Source: Serratia symbiotica (GTDB lineage: Bacteria > Pseudomonadota > Gammaproteobacteria > Enterobacterales > Enterobacteriaceae). Taken from it: a DNA stretch of 32,000 bases. This document shows positions 1 through 11,731 of the stretch, piece by piece (position 1 is the stretch's first letter; each line of letters begins with the position of its first letter). Location of the stretch: contig CAXKXX010000002.1 of the NCBI GenBank assembly GCA_964059975.1, forward strand, positions 96,314 to 128,313. Direction: 5' to 3'. Below the pieces are notes generated by a model. It was not told the DNA's origin. It saw only the letters and a list, made by a program, of their open reading frames with translations, and did no database searches. The translations under genes and the position numbers were made by a program.

Positions 1-1257
1 AATTAGGACACATCATAAATTTTCTTACTAGTAGACATTGTTAAAAAATAAAGGGTTTTACCCTAAAGTTTTCCTTGGATGATACAAATGTACTTCACTT
101 ATTCTATAGAGTATACGGAATGGGTCGTGTAAATGTTTAGAGAGATTTTACATTAACTAAGATTCAAGCTAGTTTCCGCTACGTTGATTACGTCGATTAG
201 CTAGTTGTTTAGCTAAGCCACTCATTTCTTTTAAAAATATTCTAGAAATTTGTTATTTAGTGCTGAGCACCATAACCCCCTCCCACCTTTTTTAGTTTTA
301 TCAATGACTAGGCAAAACTGATCAACTTATATAGTCATCTAATTCGCTTAATGACTTCATCAAGCCTTCTGGCGACCATGAATATGTGCTAGGTTAAGTT
401 AACGAATCTATGTAAGGTCGAAAACCCATCTCATTTCGCCATGCTACTTTATTTGTTAAAAATGTACGATTTTTTAAACAGTACTCACCTGCGTCTTATA
501 TCGTACTTCAGTACCGATGCAGCATACATTAATTAGCGCCGATTCAGAATACATTAGCTTATGCGATTAAGCGCATAGAAAGCTGTGATCTCAGGGATCT
601 CCATCTTTCTTTTGGGTCTATCTAAACAAGGTTCTTTAATTAGTGATAGTAATCCGACGAAACAATACAAAGGTAGTTTAACAGAAAACCGAATATTCTG
701 ATTACTTAAAAGGGAAGCGTCATTACGATTATTAAGCCCAAAGGTTTCTTCGCGATCTAGATTATTGAAATAACGGAAGAGACTTCTATTATATTTACAA
801 TCTTAAAATCACAGTAGAACAAGATATCTGTACCATGTGATAGATTTATTGGCGTCTGCACAGTCCTCGAGATATGGATGCATCTAATTCCGATTGATGC
901 CGTTCAACTATTAATTCGACTGGTATGTCGGGAATATGGGCGTAGTGATTATCTGCTTGAAGCTCAATTTTAGCATCGGATCCTTATTTTAAGGAGATTT
1001 AATTTATATTAAGGTCCCAATGAGTTTTCTTATCATATATAAGAAGAATAACGGACGATGAGCATATTAATTTTTTGGATACTTAGTAAGAAGTTGTGCT
1101 CGACGGAATGACTAATGTTTGTATTTATAGTAAATCTTAATTTCTCGATGAGAGAATAATTAATCAGGTAGTCAAATAATATTTCCCCATGTTAAAGTCT
1201 GGAATACATTTTGTAAATACAGACAAAATTTATTTACTACTATTAACAATCTGAGCT

Positions 1258-1285
1258 GGAACTTTAGGCTGATAATTAGCTATGA
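1258..1285 (+). promoter_or_regulatory. sigmaE (RpoE)-type promoter candidate for degP
   Basis: GGAACTT (1258-1264), a 16-nt spacer, then TATGA (1281-1285), 60 nt upstream of the degP ATG. As I recall it, the E. coli degP/htrA sigmaE promoter has the same architecture (GGAACTT-N16-TCTGA), including AGGCT just after the -35. A half-conserved CpxR-like repeat GTAAA-N5-ACAAA lies at 1213-1227. Confidence 0.5.
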
Positions 1286-1344
1286 CAATGCACCTAATTT
1301 ATTAAAAAAAGTTTTTAACGACTTCATAAAAAAGAGATACACAG

Positions 1345-2604
1345 ATGAAAAAAACCGTATTAATTTTAAGTGCACTGATATTCAGTATAGCTACAGGAAA
1401 TATTCCAGAAAGCGCCGCAAAAACTGCGATTTCCAATATCCCACAACCACCGCTCCCAAGCCTAGCAACGATGTTAGAAAAAGTTATTCCTTCTGTGGTT
1501 AGTATTAATGTAGAAGGTAGCACCACACTCAATACGTCAAAAATACCACCGCAATTTCAGGAATTCTTTGATGAAGACTCAGCATTTTGCCGTAACGGCT
1601 CCCCATTTCAGGGTTCGCCACTGTGTCAAATATGGCCGGATGGACAACAACAGGGCGCGCGACAAAATTTTCAGGCAGTGGGTGCCGGGGTAGTGATTGA
1701 TGCAGCCAAAGGCTACGTCGTGACCAATAATCATGTAGTAGATAACGCCAACAAAATTCAAGTAAAGCTGAGTGATAATAGATACTACGATGCAAAAGTC
1801 ATCGGTAAAGATATGGGTTCCGATATTGCTCTTCTTCAGTTAAAAGACTTCAAGGATCTTGCAGCCATAAAAATAGCGGACTCTGATCAATTACGTGTGG
1901 GGGATTACTCAATCGCTATAGGAAATCCTTATGGACTTGGTGAATCTGCAACTTCAGGTATTGTTTCTGCATTAGGCCGTAGTGGCCTAAATATCGAAAA
2001 TTATGAGAATTTTATCCAGACTGATGCCGCGATTAATCGCGGCAACTCTGGCGGCGCATTAGTTAATCTAAATGGCGAGTTAATCGGTATAAATACTGCA
2101 ATCTTAGCGCCTGACGGCGGCAATATTGGCATCGGTTTTGCAATCCCTAGTAATATGGTAAAAAATCTAACAGCACAAATCCTTGAATACGGTCAGGTGA
2201 GACGTGGTGAGCTAGGCATTAAGGGGATTGAATTGAATTCTGATTTGGCGAAAGTGATGCAGATTGAAGCGCAACGCGGCGTTTTTGTTAGCGAAGTGAT
2301 TTCTAAATCTTCCGCCGCAAAGGCAGGGATTAAATCCGGCGATGTAATCGTTACTATTAATGGCAAGTCTATTTCTAGCTTTGCTCCTTTCAGAGCGGAA
2401 ATTGGCACATTGCCAATTGGTAGCAAGATAATTTTAGGCGTCGTTCGAGACGGTAAGTTAATCGTCCTTAATGTCACTCTTAACCAGAGTACTCATATAG
2501 AAACCGAGTCTCATGGCACCTATGTTAGTGTAGAAGGATCCGAGTTAAGTGGGGCTAAAATTAGTACTAAAAAAAATATACCAGAAGATGTTCTCTGGGG
2601 TTGA
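1345..2604 (+). CDS. degP: periplasmic serine endoprotease DegP/HtrA, C-terminally truncated (PDZ2 missing)
   Basis: 419-aa ORF with signal peptide MKKTVLILSALIFSIATG. It is near-collinear with E. coli DegP: LPSLATMLEKVIPSVVSINVEGST, the LA-loop Cys pair (FC...LC), catalytic His (TNNHVV), Asp (SDIALL) and Ser (GNSGGAL), and PDZ1 (GIKSGDVIVTINGK). It stops ~55 aa before the E. coli C-terminus, just inside PDZ2. Confidence 0.85.
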   Translation: MKKTVLILSALIFSIATGNIPESAAKTAISNIPQPPLPSLATMLEKVIPSVVSINVEGSTTLNTSKIPPQFQEFFDEDSAFCRNGSPFQGSPLCQIWPDGQQQGARQNFQAVGAGVVIDAAKGYVVTNNHVVDNANKIQVKLSDNRYYDAKVIGKDMGSDIALLQLKDFKDLAAIKIADSDQLRVGDYSIAIGNPYGLGESATSGIVSALGRSGLNIENYENFIQTDAAINRGNSGGALVNLNGELIGINTAILAPDGGNIGIGFAIPSNMVKNLTAQILEYGQVRRGELGIKGIELNSDLAKVMQIEAQRGVFVSEVISKSSAAKAGIKSGDVIVTINGKSISSFAPFRAEIGTLPIGSKIILGVVRDGKLIVLNVTLNQSTHIETESHGTYVSVEGSELSGAKISTKKNIPEDVLWG

Positions 2605-2708
2605 AGGAAATATTAAAATCTTTATTGCGCTCTAAAAAAGGACAATATGACTTTGGGTATTCATTAATAACCTGTCTTAAGTCTACGAAATATTCGTACA
2701 ATTTTTAA
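2598..2708 (+). pseudogene. degP: possible frameshifted/deleted remnant of the degP PDZ2-coding end
   Basis: The -1 frame overlapping the degP stop reads GLKEILKSLLRSKKGQYDFGYSLIT... This resembles E. coli DegP PDZ2 (IGLKKGD ... AELRKVLDSKPSVLALNIQRG) if ~20 codons were deleted. The match is by eye only. Confidence 0.3.
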
Positions 2709-4323
2709 CAACGCGCTTTATGTACTGGTGCTAAATATTCAACACGAAAAGAGCGGGTCCGTGATTTTTGGTGCAGTTAATTTTTATCACTCTTATCAGT
2801 TCATATGGAAAGCACATAAGAAAGTGGCTAATTGATTACAAATTAACGTATCTCCTACTTACTGTGGGGGGTGAGATTTTGACTCAGGAATAAAGTTCTT
2901 GAATGTCTATACACTTATTCATGGTAGTTAATTCGATAGGGTGAGCTAGAAAGACACTATAGACTAGTGGCAAAGCAACATTTTTTCGTAGCGAGTGATC
3001 ATTTACTGTACTATCTAGACCCTTTTTATCATAGCTCCTGCATGCGATAGATAAACTATTTTTTATCTCATAATACTGCATGTCGATCTTTATCTTTTTC
3101 TTCCTTTGTGTTTATAAGAGACTTAAATCTTCAAGAAATAAGAGGTAATTACGTCTATGATCTAGAGTACAATTTAACTTACAATACTAATAATCTAGTA
3201 AGAAATCGCTTTAGATAATCTAAAATGCTACACTGGAAATATGAGTAATCGGGCGCTATTTTAATCATGAATATTTGACTTTTATGTTCAGAGCACGTGG
3301 GACGAGATCCTGTGTGCCATAAAGCTAACTTATGTGAAGTTGCAAATTCGTCATGCACAGCGCTTACTACGACCCTGGGCTTTCTCTTAAAGCCATTCAG
3401 CCTCCATCTAATCGTAAGAATTTTGGTAAAATAGATAGTATCTATAGCGCCATAAATTTTTAGTTCATAGTAATAATTTTTATTAAATCATTATAAGATT
3501 CCATAGTCGCTCAATCTTCATATCCACCCATTCATCATGCAATTCGGCGCCCCTATTTAAACTAATGATCTACTCGTCGATCCCGGACATTATATTGAAA
3601 ATCAACCTTACGACTCGATACTTGATATCAATCTAATTTATTTTATCTTTCCTCATTCAATACATTACCGACTTTTCTCTGAGCTAATCGATTACAGCAT
3701 ATGACGACCGCAATTCACCCGTATAGCAACTATGGAAATTACATACTTAATAACCTAGCATGTCTTTTATGATCAAGATTAGTCACTAGACTTGCTCTCG
3801 TTTAATTTTAATGACATGTCAATAAAAATTTAGAGGAACGCCTGGAAGTATATTGAATTTTTCATAAAACTATACTTACTTCTTTGTTGATAATTTTATT
3901 TTGAGAAGCAATGATCGCTTGATCTCAATAAAATTCTAAAATTAGAAAAAATTAATCACGGAAACCTAAATCAGACAGGATGTCTACTATCTGATATATG
4001 CATAAGTTTTTAGATCGGAGGATTTTCGTTCATCTATTTCTGTGACACTAATACTTTCGTTCTCCTTACACCACAAGATAAACATCTAACAATGCTTATT
4101 GTCTCAGATTAAGATTAATTGTATAGATACAATAATAAGAGCCCTAAAGTTTCTAGGAGCTTAAACCCCCTATAATCTGATAAAAAGTCTCTATTGCGAA
4201 TCAAGTTTTCACCAATATACCTATTCAATAAAAATATGCTAGACATCTAGATAACCTCCTCGTAACTTTGCAAGCAATAAGTGTTTTTAATGTTAGCGTA
4301 GAAAATTTTTAAGAGGAGATAGA

Positions 4324-5772
4324 GTGGATCAGAATTTAACGTATGGGATCGGTGGGATCGGGATTGGTCTGCTATTCTCATTTTTGAGCGCAATTTTATG
4401 GACCCAGAAAAACAAAGCGCGGTATGCATCCGAGTTGCGTTTGCTAGAACAAACCCTAAAACAGGTTAAACAGGCGGAGGCAGATCAAGATAAAATACTA
4501 CGCCGCCGCGAGCAAGATATGCGTCAAAACGAATTAGAATTGAGACATCTACATAGCCAACTAGCGGCTAGTAAGGAAAACCTACAGCATCTTAATCATT
4601 GGAGAAACGAATATGAGTTGCTTAATCAAGAGTTACGCGTTCAACGTAAAGTAAATATTGATCAGGAAGCAGAGCTACGTGAAGTCACTATTCGACTCGA
4701 AGAGACACGTATTGCCGCAGAAGAAAAGCGCCGCCTACTAATTAACAGTGAGCAGCGTCTCACTATTCAATTCGAAAACCTGGCAAACCGTATTTTCGAG
4801 CACAGTAGTCGCAGATCGGATGAACAAAACCAGAAAAGTTTAGATCTACTACTTTTGCCCTTACGTGAACAGTTGGACGGTTTTCACCGACAAGTTCAAG
4901 ATAGCTTTGGGCAGGAAGCACGAGAACGGCATACGTTAACACATGAAATACGTAATTTACAGAAGCTGAATACCCAGATAGCCCATGAAGCGATCAACCT
5001 TACCAAAGCGCTGAAAGGGGATAAAAAAATTCAAGGAAACTGGGGCGAGGTAGTTCTCAATCGAGTACTAGAATCTTCTGGACTACGAGAAGGGCATGAG
5101 TATGAAACTCAAGTCAATTTACGAGTAGATCCAAATAGTCGCATGCAGCCGGACGTAATTGTACGCCTTCCAAAAGGAAGGGACGTAGTCATTGATGCCA
5201 AAGTGTCTCTGATTGCCTACGAGCGTTACTTTAACGGCCAAGATGAGGCGCAGATCGAATCGGCGCTAAAGGAGCATATTAACTCGCTGCGTAGCCACAT
5301 CAGGCTATTAGGACATAAGGATTATCAGAAGCTTCCAAGCTTATGTTCATTAGATTATATATTAATGTTCATCCCCATAGAACCAGCCTTTCTAATAGCG
5401 ATTGACCGTGAGCCCGAACTAATCAGCGAAGCGCTTAAGAAGAACATCATGCTAGTCAGTCCCACTACACTTCTGGTGGCGCTGCGTACTATCAGTAATC
5501 TATGGCGCTATGAAAATCAAAGTCGGAATGCCCAACACATTGCTGAGCGAGCAGCAAAGCTTTACGACAAGATGCGACTTTTTGTTGACGACATGTCTGC
5601 ACTAGGACAGAGCCTAGAAAAAGCTCAGGGGAGCTATCTTCAGGCAATTAATAAACTGAGCACTGGACGTGGAAACCTTATCGGTCAAATTGAAAATTTT
5701 CGAACAATGGGAATCGAGGTAAAGCGCCCAATCAATTCTTTAATGTCTGAACAAGCTAGGGCATCGACATAA
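4324..5772 (+). CDS. rmuC: DNA recombination protein RmuC
   Basis: 482-aa ORF with a GTG start preceded by AAGAGGAG. It has an N-terminal TM segment, a long coiled-coil and a conserved C-terminal half (GNWGEVVL, MQPDVIVRLP, VVIDAK, MFIPIEPAF, MLVSPTTLLVALRTI) collinear with E. coli RmuC. It sits upstream of ubiE as in E. coli. Confidence 0.9.
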   Translation: MDQNLTYGIGGIGIGLLFSFLSAILWTQKNKARYASELRLLEQTLKQVKQAEADQDKILRRREQDMRQNELELRHLHSQLAASKENLQHLNHWRNEYELLNQELRVQRKVNIDQEAELREVTIRLEETRIAAEEKRRLLINSEQRLTIQFENLANRIFEHSSRRSDEQNQKSLDLLLLPLREQLDGFHRQVQDSFGQEARERHTLTHEIRNLQKLNTQIAHEAINLTKALKGDKKIQGNWGEVVLNRVLESSGLREGHEYETQVNLRVDPNSRMQPDVIVRLPKGRDVVIDAKVSLIAYERYFNGQDEAQIESALKEHINSLRSHIRLLGHKDYQKLPSLCSLDYILMFIPIEPAFLIAIDREPELISEALKKNIMLVSPTTLLVALRTISNLWRYENQSRNAQHIAERAAKLYDKMRLFVDDMSALGQSLEKAQGSYLQAINKLSTGRGNLIGQIENFRTMGIEVKRPINSLMSEQARAST

Positions 5773-5899
5773 GAGTGCAACCACCTGATCTAGGGAAAGA
5801 AAATCTATTTCTGATCCTGTTAGCTATTAAAAAACGAGGTTTTATAACTAATTCTGGTAAACTCAGTATCAATTAAATTGAGTAAATAACAGGCGGAAT

Positions 5900-6655
5900 A
5901 TGGAAAAAAAACTGCAGAAAACCACTCATTTTGGTTTTCGAACCGTCCCAATAGAGGAAAAACAGGCGATGGTCGCAGACGTTTTTCATTCAGTGGCAGA
6001 AAAGTATGATATAATGAATGATATCATGTCACTCGGTATACATCGAATTTGGAAGCGCTTTGCCATTGGGTGTAGCGGCGCACGACGCGGTCAGAGGATA
6101 ATGGACTTAGCCGGAGGCACCGGCGACTTATCATCTAAATTCTCTAATATAGTTGGAGAACAAGGTTTAGTAGTCCTAGCGGATATCAACGATTCAATGC
6201 TTAAAGCCGGTCGGGAGAAGCTACGCGATCTCGGTATCGTCGGCAATATTATCTACGTACAAGCTAATGCGGAAGAATTACCATTTTCCGACAACTACTT
6301 TGACTGCGTCATTATTGCTTTCGGATTACGCAATATCACTAAAAAAGACAAAGCATTATGTGAGATGTACCGCGTAGTAAAGCCGGGGGGCCGCCTCTTA
6401 GTGCTTGAATTTTCTAAGCCTCGCTTAACAGTTTTAAATAAAATCTACGATGTATATTCCTTCTATATTCTTCCAAAAATAGGTGCATTAGTACTGAATG
6501 ATTCAGATAGTTACCGTTATCTAGCAGAATCAATCCGCATGCATCCTAATCAAGAAACTCTCAAGACTATGATGATGAATTCTGGTTTTGATAATGTCAC
6601 CTATTTTAGTCTGACTGGAGGCATCGTAGCTTTGCATCGTGGCTTCAAATTTTGA
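5900..6655 (+). CDS. ubiE: ubiquinone/menaquinone C-methyltransferase UbiE
   Basis: 251 aa, the same length as E. coli UbiE. It carries the SAM-binding motif LDLAGGTGD and conserved [23 protein letters not shown] and SIRMHP. Confidence 0.95.
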   Translation: MEKKLQKTTHFGFRTVPIEEKQAMVADVFHSVAEKYDIMNDIMSLGIHRIWKRFAIGCSGARRGQRIMDLAGGTGDLSSKFSNIVGEQGLVVLADINDSMLKAGREKLRDLGIVGNIIYVQANAEELPFSDNYFDCVIIAFGLRNITKKDKALCEMYRVVKPGGRLLVLEFSKPRLTVLNKIYDVYSFYILPKIGALVLNDSDSYRYLAESIRMHPNQETLKTMMMNSGFDNVTYFSLTGGIVALHRGFKF

Positions 6656-7275
6656 GAAATATACTTATGTTGCTCAATCCTTTTTTGACTGGTTCCCTAG
6701 AGTACGCGCTTAATAGTCTGTTCTCTTACAATCGCAGCACGAAGTCTGTAGCGAAGTGCTTATCGGGCAAGGTGCTACAAATTGATATAGAGGAATTAGA
6801 TTCTCCTCTGGTATTATTATTTAATAACCGGGGAGCAAATGTTCTGAGTAAATATTCAGATCAATCCGATTGTACGGTACGTAGCCGTGTCGTAGGGCTA
6901 CTTCAATTACTCGATCATAAAAAATTACCTCTGCTAGCACATCGTGGCGAGCTAATAGTGGAAGGTGACATTCAGTTAATCCAATCCTTCATGGTGCTAT
7001 TAGACTTAGTTGAGTGGGATCTTGCTGAGGGGCTAGCACCTTATATTGGCGATATTGCTGCGCAGCATATTATTGAGACACTTGAAAAAAAAGCTCACCT
7101 GTTAAAAGACAAAATAGAGCACTGTCAATATGAGATAGCGGAAACGTTAATAGAAGAGTGGCGCGTGGCACAGGGGGAATCACAAATAGCATGGCTCAAG
7201 GAGAGCGTTAATGCAGTGACTCGAAGAACACAGGCACTAATCGTACGCATGAATCAGTTAGAGGCAATGCGATGA
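6652..7275 (+). CDS. ubiJ: ubiquinone biosynthesis accessory factor UbiJ (YigP, SCP2-like)
   Basis: Collinear with E. coli UbiJ ([31 protein letters not shown]). The ORF-track start at 6652 is a TTG overlapping the ubiE stop. The ATG at 6667 (MLLNPF..) is an equally plausible start. The 3' end overlaps the ubiB start (ATGA at 7272). Confidence 0.85.
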   Translation: MRNILMLLNPFLTGSLEYALNSLFSYNRSTKSVAKCLSGKVLQIDIEELDSPLVLLFNNRGANVLSKYSDQSDCTVRSRVVGLLQLLDHKKLPLLAHRGELIVEGDIQLIQSFMVLLDLVEWDLAEGLAPYIGDIAAQHIIETLEKKAHLLKDKIEHCQYEIAETLIEEWRVAQGESQIAWLKESVNAVTRRTQALIVRMNQLEAMR

Positions 7276-8903
7276 TCAACTGCGCATTATTCCGACTCTC
7301 ATTAATCATACGTGTTCTTCTCATTTATGGTCTCGATGAATTAATCCCTAAGATTTATTTTACGCTGCCTCTACGTTTTATGCGTTTACTGCTGTTCTGG
7401 ATTCCCTATCAGCATCAGAAAAAGTCATTAGGTGAACGCTTGCGATTAGCTTTGCAAGAGCTAGGGCCGGTATGGATTAAATTCGGTCAGATGATATCGA
7501 CCCGACGTGACTTGATTCCGAGCCATATTGCCGATCAATTAATGCTATTACAGGATCGGGTGACCCCTTTTGACGGGGAGATCGCACGAAAGTCCGCCGA
7601 GCAAGCGATGGGAGGGGATCTAGAGATCTGGTTTGAAGATTTTAACCCACAAGCATTAGCGTCCGCATCTATTGCACAAATACATAGCGCACGCATGAAA
7701 GCTACCGGTCAAGAGGTGGTGCTAAAAGTGATACGTCCAGATATAGAGCCGATCATCAAGGCTGATATTCGTCTAATGCATCTCTTAGCCGCTTGGCTAC
7801 CAGTACTATTACCAGAAGGTCGTCGCCTAAGACTTTCCGAAGTGGTACGTGAGTATGAGAAAACCTTATTGGATGAATTAAATCTAAAGCGTGAAGCTGT
7901 CAATGCAATCCAATTGCGCCGTAATTTCGAAGGAAGTCGAATGCTGTATATACCTCAAGTTTATATTGATCACTGCCGAAAAAATGTGTTAGTCATGGAG
8001 CGAATTTACGGTACTCCAGTTTCAAATATTAGCGCCTTGGAGCAGCGAGGCACCAACATGAAACTTTTGGCAGAGCGCGGCGTTCAGATATTTTTTACTC
8101 AGGTATTCCGAGATAGTTTTTTTCATGCAGACATGCATCCTGGAAATATTTTCGTTAATTATCAAAACCCAGAGGATCCTTGCTATATTGCTATTGATTT
8201 TGGAATAGTTGGTTCACTAAATAAAGATGATAAGCGCTACCTAGCAGAAAATTTTATCGCCTTTTTCAATCGCGATTATCGTAAAGTGGCAGAGCTGCAC
8301 GTTAGATCGGGCTGGGTGCCTCAGAATACCCGAGTAGAAGACTTTGAATTCGCTATTCGTGCAGCGTGTGAGCCAATCTTCGAAAAACCGTTACTAGAAA
8401 TCTCATTTGGCAGCCTTCTGGTAAATTTGTTTAACACAGCGCATCGCTTCAATATGGAAGTGCAACCACAATTAGTTTTATTACAAAAGACCTTGCTCTA
8501 CGTTGAAGGTTTGGGAAGACAGATCTATCCGCAATTAAATCTATGGACTACAGCCAAACCTTTTCTTGAAAACTGGATGCGCAATCAGGTCGGTATACAG
8601 GCAACGATACGGGCACTTAAAGATAAAGCGCCATTCTGGGCGGAGCAACTACCAGAGTTGCCTGAATTGTTTTACCGCAGTCTGCAGCAACATCGGTTGC
8701 TGCAGCAAAGTATAGATAGCTTAACTAGCCAGATCCAAATAAAACGGATGCGACAGGAGAGGTCGTCTTATCTTCTCATCTTTGGGGCTACATTATTAAT
8801 GGGTGGCATTCTGCTATTATTAGACAAGATCGCTTTTTTTTCTTTATGGACGATAGCTATTGGTATGATTTTTTGGATCATTGGATGGCAGCGAACATAC
8901 TAA
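7272..8903 (+). CDS. ubiB: ubiquinone biosynthesis protein kinase-like UbiB (AarF)
   Basis: 543 aa, collinear with E. coli UbiB ([42 protein letters not shown]) with C-terminal TM helices. The ubiE-ubiJ-ubiB order and 4-nt overlaps match E. coli. Confidence 0.95.
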   Translation: MINCALFRLSLIIRVLLIYGLDELIPKIYFTLPLRFMRLLLFWIPYQHQKKSLGERLRLALQELGPVWIKFGQMISTRRDLIPSHIADQLMLLQDRVTPFDGEIARKSAEQAMGGDLEIWFEDFNPQALASASIAQIHSARMKATGQEVVLKVIRPDIEPIIKADIRLMHLLAAWLPVLLPEGRRLRLSEVVREYEKTLLDELNLKREAVNAIQLRRNFEGSRMLYIPQVYIDHCRKNVLVMERIYGTPVSNISALEQRGTNMKLLAERGVQIFFTQVFRDSFFHADMHPGNIFVNYQNPEDPCYIAIDFGIVGSLNKDDKRYLAENFIAFFNRDYRKVAELHVRSGWVPQNTRVEDFEFAIRAACEPIFEKPLLEISFGSLLVNLFNTAHRFNMEVQPQLVLLQKTLLYVEGLGRQIYPQLNLWTTAKPFLENWMRNQVGIQATIRALKDKAPFWAEQLPELPELFYRSLQQHRLLQQSIDSLTSQIQIKRMRQERSSYLLIFGATLLMGGILLLLDKIAFFSLWTIAIGMIFWIIGWQRTY

Positions 8904-9733
8904 AATAAATCTAAATTCTTGGTCGATAAATACGCCAAAATTTTTTAAAAAATAATCACAATAATAAGACCTAATATTAAGTCGTTATTGGCTATCGAAT
9001 CAACTGTTTTAATAATCTTTATCGGTAAAAATTCAGACGTAAAATATACTATCTGGGCTCTTACAAAAAATATTTTAAAATACGGTTAATGAAGAAATGT
9101 TAGCGCTAATTAAAATAGGTTCGTACATTAAGAAAGAATGACGATTAATATAAAATCTAGCCATGAAGCTTCGATCAGCATTCTCGCAATTTACTGAGTC
9201 GGATCATAAACCACGACATTTTAAAATTGACCTTGGGATATAGAACATCGTCTACGTGGTACAGTAAACTGTATCCCTCCGTTCTCTGTTCTTTTAGGCA
9301 AACCTATTATTTTCTAAAAACCTTATCGCACACCAATAGATGATGCTACTTATGAGGTTTACGACGGTCTTTGCGATGCACTCTGGCTATTATTGTATTT
9401 ATCTAGCAGCAGCGATCAGTCTGTTACCATAGGTTTGAAGAAATAATGGTACCCTACACTAATCTGAATATTTTGTGAGAGTATTACGAATCACTCAGAT
9501 TTTGACATATTACCATAGACTTTTTAGGGGCACTAGCACGCAAAACGAATTAGGTGAGAGTATCTACGTGCATGTTCTCTATTTAAAACACTACTACATA
9601 AATAATGCGAAGATGAATAAAGTGGGTACTTTAAAGCGATGTCTTTTTAATTCTCAACAATGATCTCAATCTTCTATACCTAAAAACTAATGGGAATAAA
9701 AGCCCGACCGCTGTCATAGCTGGTTTGAATTAA

Positions 9734-10768
<1,035 letters not shown>

Positions 10769-11612
10769 ATTAGATATTACTAGAGATCGTATACATTCTA
10801 ATTATAAGGTTGTAGGAGCTAATGACCACGTTCATCTAGTGTGCATTTAGCGCTACACCTATGATTTTAGATCATCAACCAATACGATGACGTTCCCCTA
10901 TTATTTATTAGGTGCATAAAGTAAGAATGAGTAGCTGTAATCTGATGCTGATGAGAGAAGTAACGTACGGAAGCTCTCTCTTTTAATCTGTACAAAAGAT
11001 TTTATAAAACGTGAGATCCTCTGTGAGGAGTGCCTCCATAATATAAAAGTACTCCGTCGTGATGATTAGATGGGGTTATTAGTTGCCGACCGCTTTTCCG
11101 TCTCTGATCTATCTTTGATGGCCGTTTTATTTTGTAAGAAAAGCACATACTAGAAGTTCATTGTGTTATGTGCGACTTTAATAAAAACTAAGCGCCTTAA
11201 AAATAGATCTTAGACTTTAGGTTTAAGAGATAGTGCAATAAATATTGTGTATAAAAAGTCTCTGAGTCAGATAAATAATGCTAGTCATCATTTAAGCAGA
11301 AATTAAATCGGCTCTGGGTTCATTATAACAAAGAGGCTGGATCGTAGTATGGAATGTAGCGAACTTTTCAGGTAGCTGCCCGCTCTTTATCTTATCCGAA
11401 TAATGACTAATGAATTAGTAGAAGTTTTGGGGTAATTTTAATCTATTGGGATGATTTTAATCTATTAAAGGTCAGTGTGTCAAATAAAAATACTGTATTT
11501 TTTTAAATTTTCACCGAATTATTTCGATTTTTTAATAATTTTTTAGTGATTTTTGGACTTTAAGTATAGATTGTTACTTTAATAACACGTACGGACTTTT
11601 ACCACTGAATAG

Positions 11613-11689
11613 TGGTCGGCGAGAGAGGATTTGAACCTCCGACCCACTGGTCCCAAACCAGTTGCGCTACCAAGCTGCGCTACTCGCCG
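11613..11689 (-). tRNA. proM: tRNA-Pro (UGG)
   Basis: The reverse complement reads CGGCGAGTAGCGCAGCTTGGTAGCGCAACTGGTTTGGGACCAGTGGGTCGGAGGTTCAAATCCTCTCTCGCCGACCA. It folds into a full cloverleaf with anticodon loop TTTGGGA and an encoded CCA, and is near-identical to E. coli proM. Confidence 0.95.
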
Positions 11690-11731
11690 ATTTTTTGACA
11701 TCCTCATAGAGGCCAAAATGTTCTTATTTTT

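Noticed and set aside
1302-2477. ORFs 1302-1532(-), 1529-1795(-), 1579-1761(-) and 2193-2477(-), antisense to or overlapping degP
   Set aside because: They lie entirely within or against the well-supported degP frame, have low-complexity or odd composition and no recognisable motifs. They are typical shadow ORFs.
2884-3081. 65-aa ORF on the minus strand in the degP-rmuC desert
   Set aside because: It has no RBS, no recognisable motif, and sits in decayed AT-rich DNA. Its length is only just above the reporting threshold, so it is likely chance.
3728-3745. aactatggaaattacata resembles the NYEMES (AACTATGAAATGGAA..) region of udp, the E. coli upstream neighbour of rmuC
   Set aside because: It is only an ~11-nt match relying on my memory of the E. 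coli nucleotide sequence. The downstream translation matches Udp poorly (4/25), and the implied gene end is ~420 nt from rmuC. This is too weak to call.
4247-4429. 60-aa ORF (-) overlapping the rmuC start
   Set aside because: It is antisense to the rmuC 5' end and its RBS, has no motifs, and is a shadow ORF.
7709-7903. 64-aa ORF (-) inside ubiB
   Set aside because: It is an antisense shadow ORF within a strongly supported CDS.
9475-9663. 62-aa ORF (+) upstream of hemB
   Set aside because: It starts at a non-ATG codon per the track and has no SD or recognisable domain (MRVLRITQILTYYHRLFRG...). It sits in decayed DNA and is probably chance, though a relic of an unknown gene cannot be excluded.
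10769-11612. I searched for the sRNA glmZ, which follows the proM tRNA cluster region in E. coli (after aslAB) and could directly follow proM in relatives
   Set aside because: There is only a TAGATG..TCATT fragment near 10830 and no GlmZ-like terminator hairpin or collinear body. This is not supportable.
11601-11616. Hairpin ACCACT-gaat-AGTGGT overlapping the 3' CCA end of tRNA-Pro, considered as the operon terminator
   Set aside because: The stem is only 6 bp. In the direction of transcription (minus) it is followed by AAAAG, not a U-tract, and half of it is the tRNA acceptor end itself.
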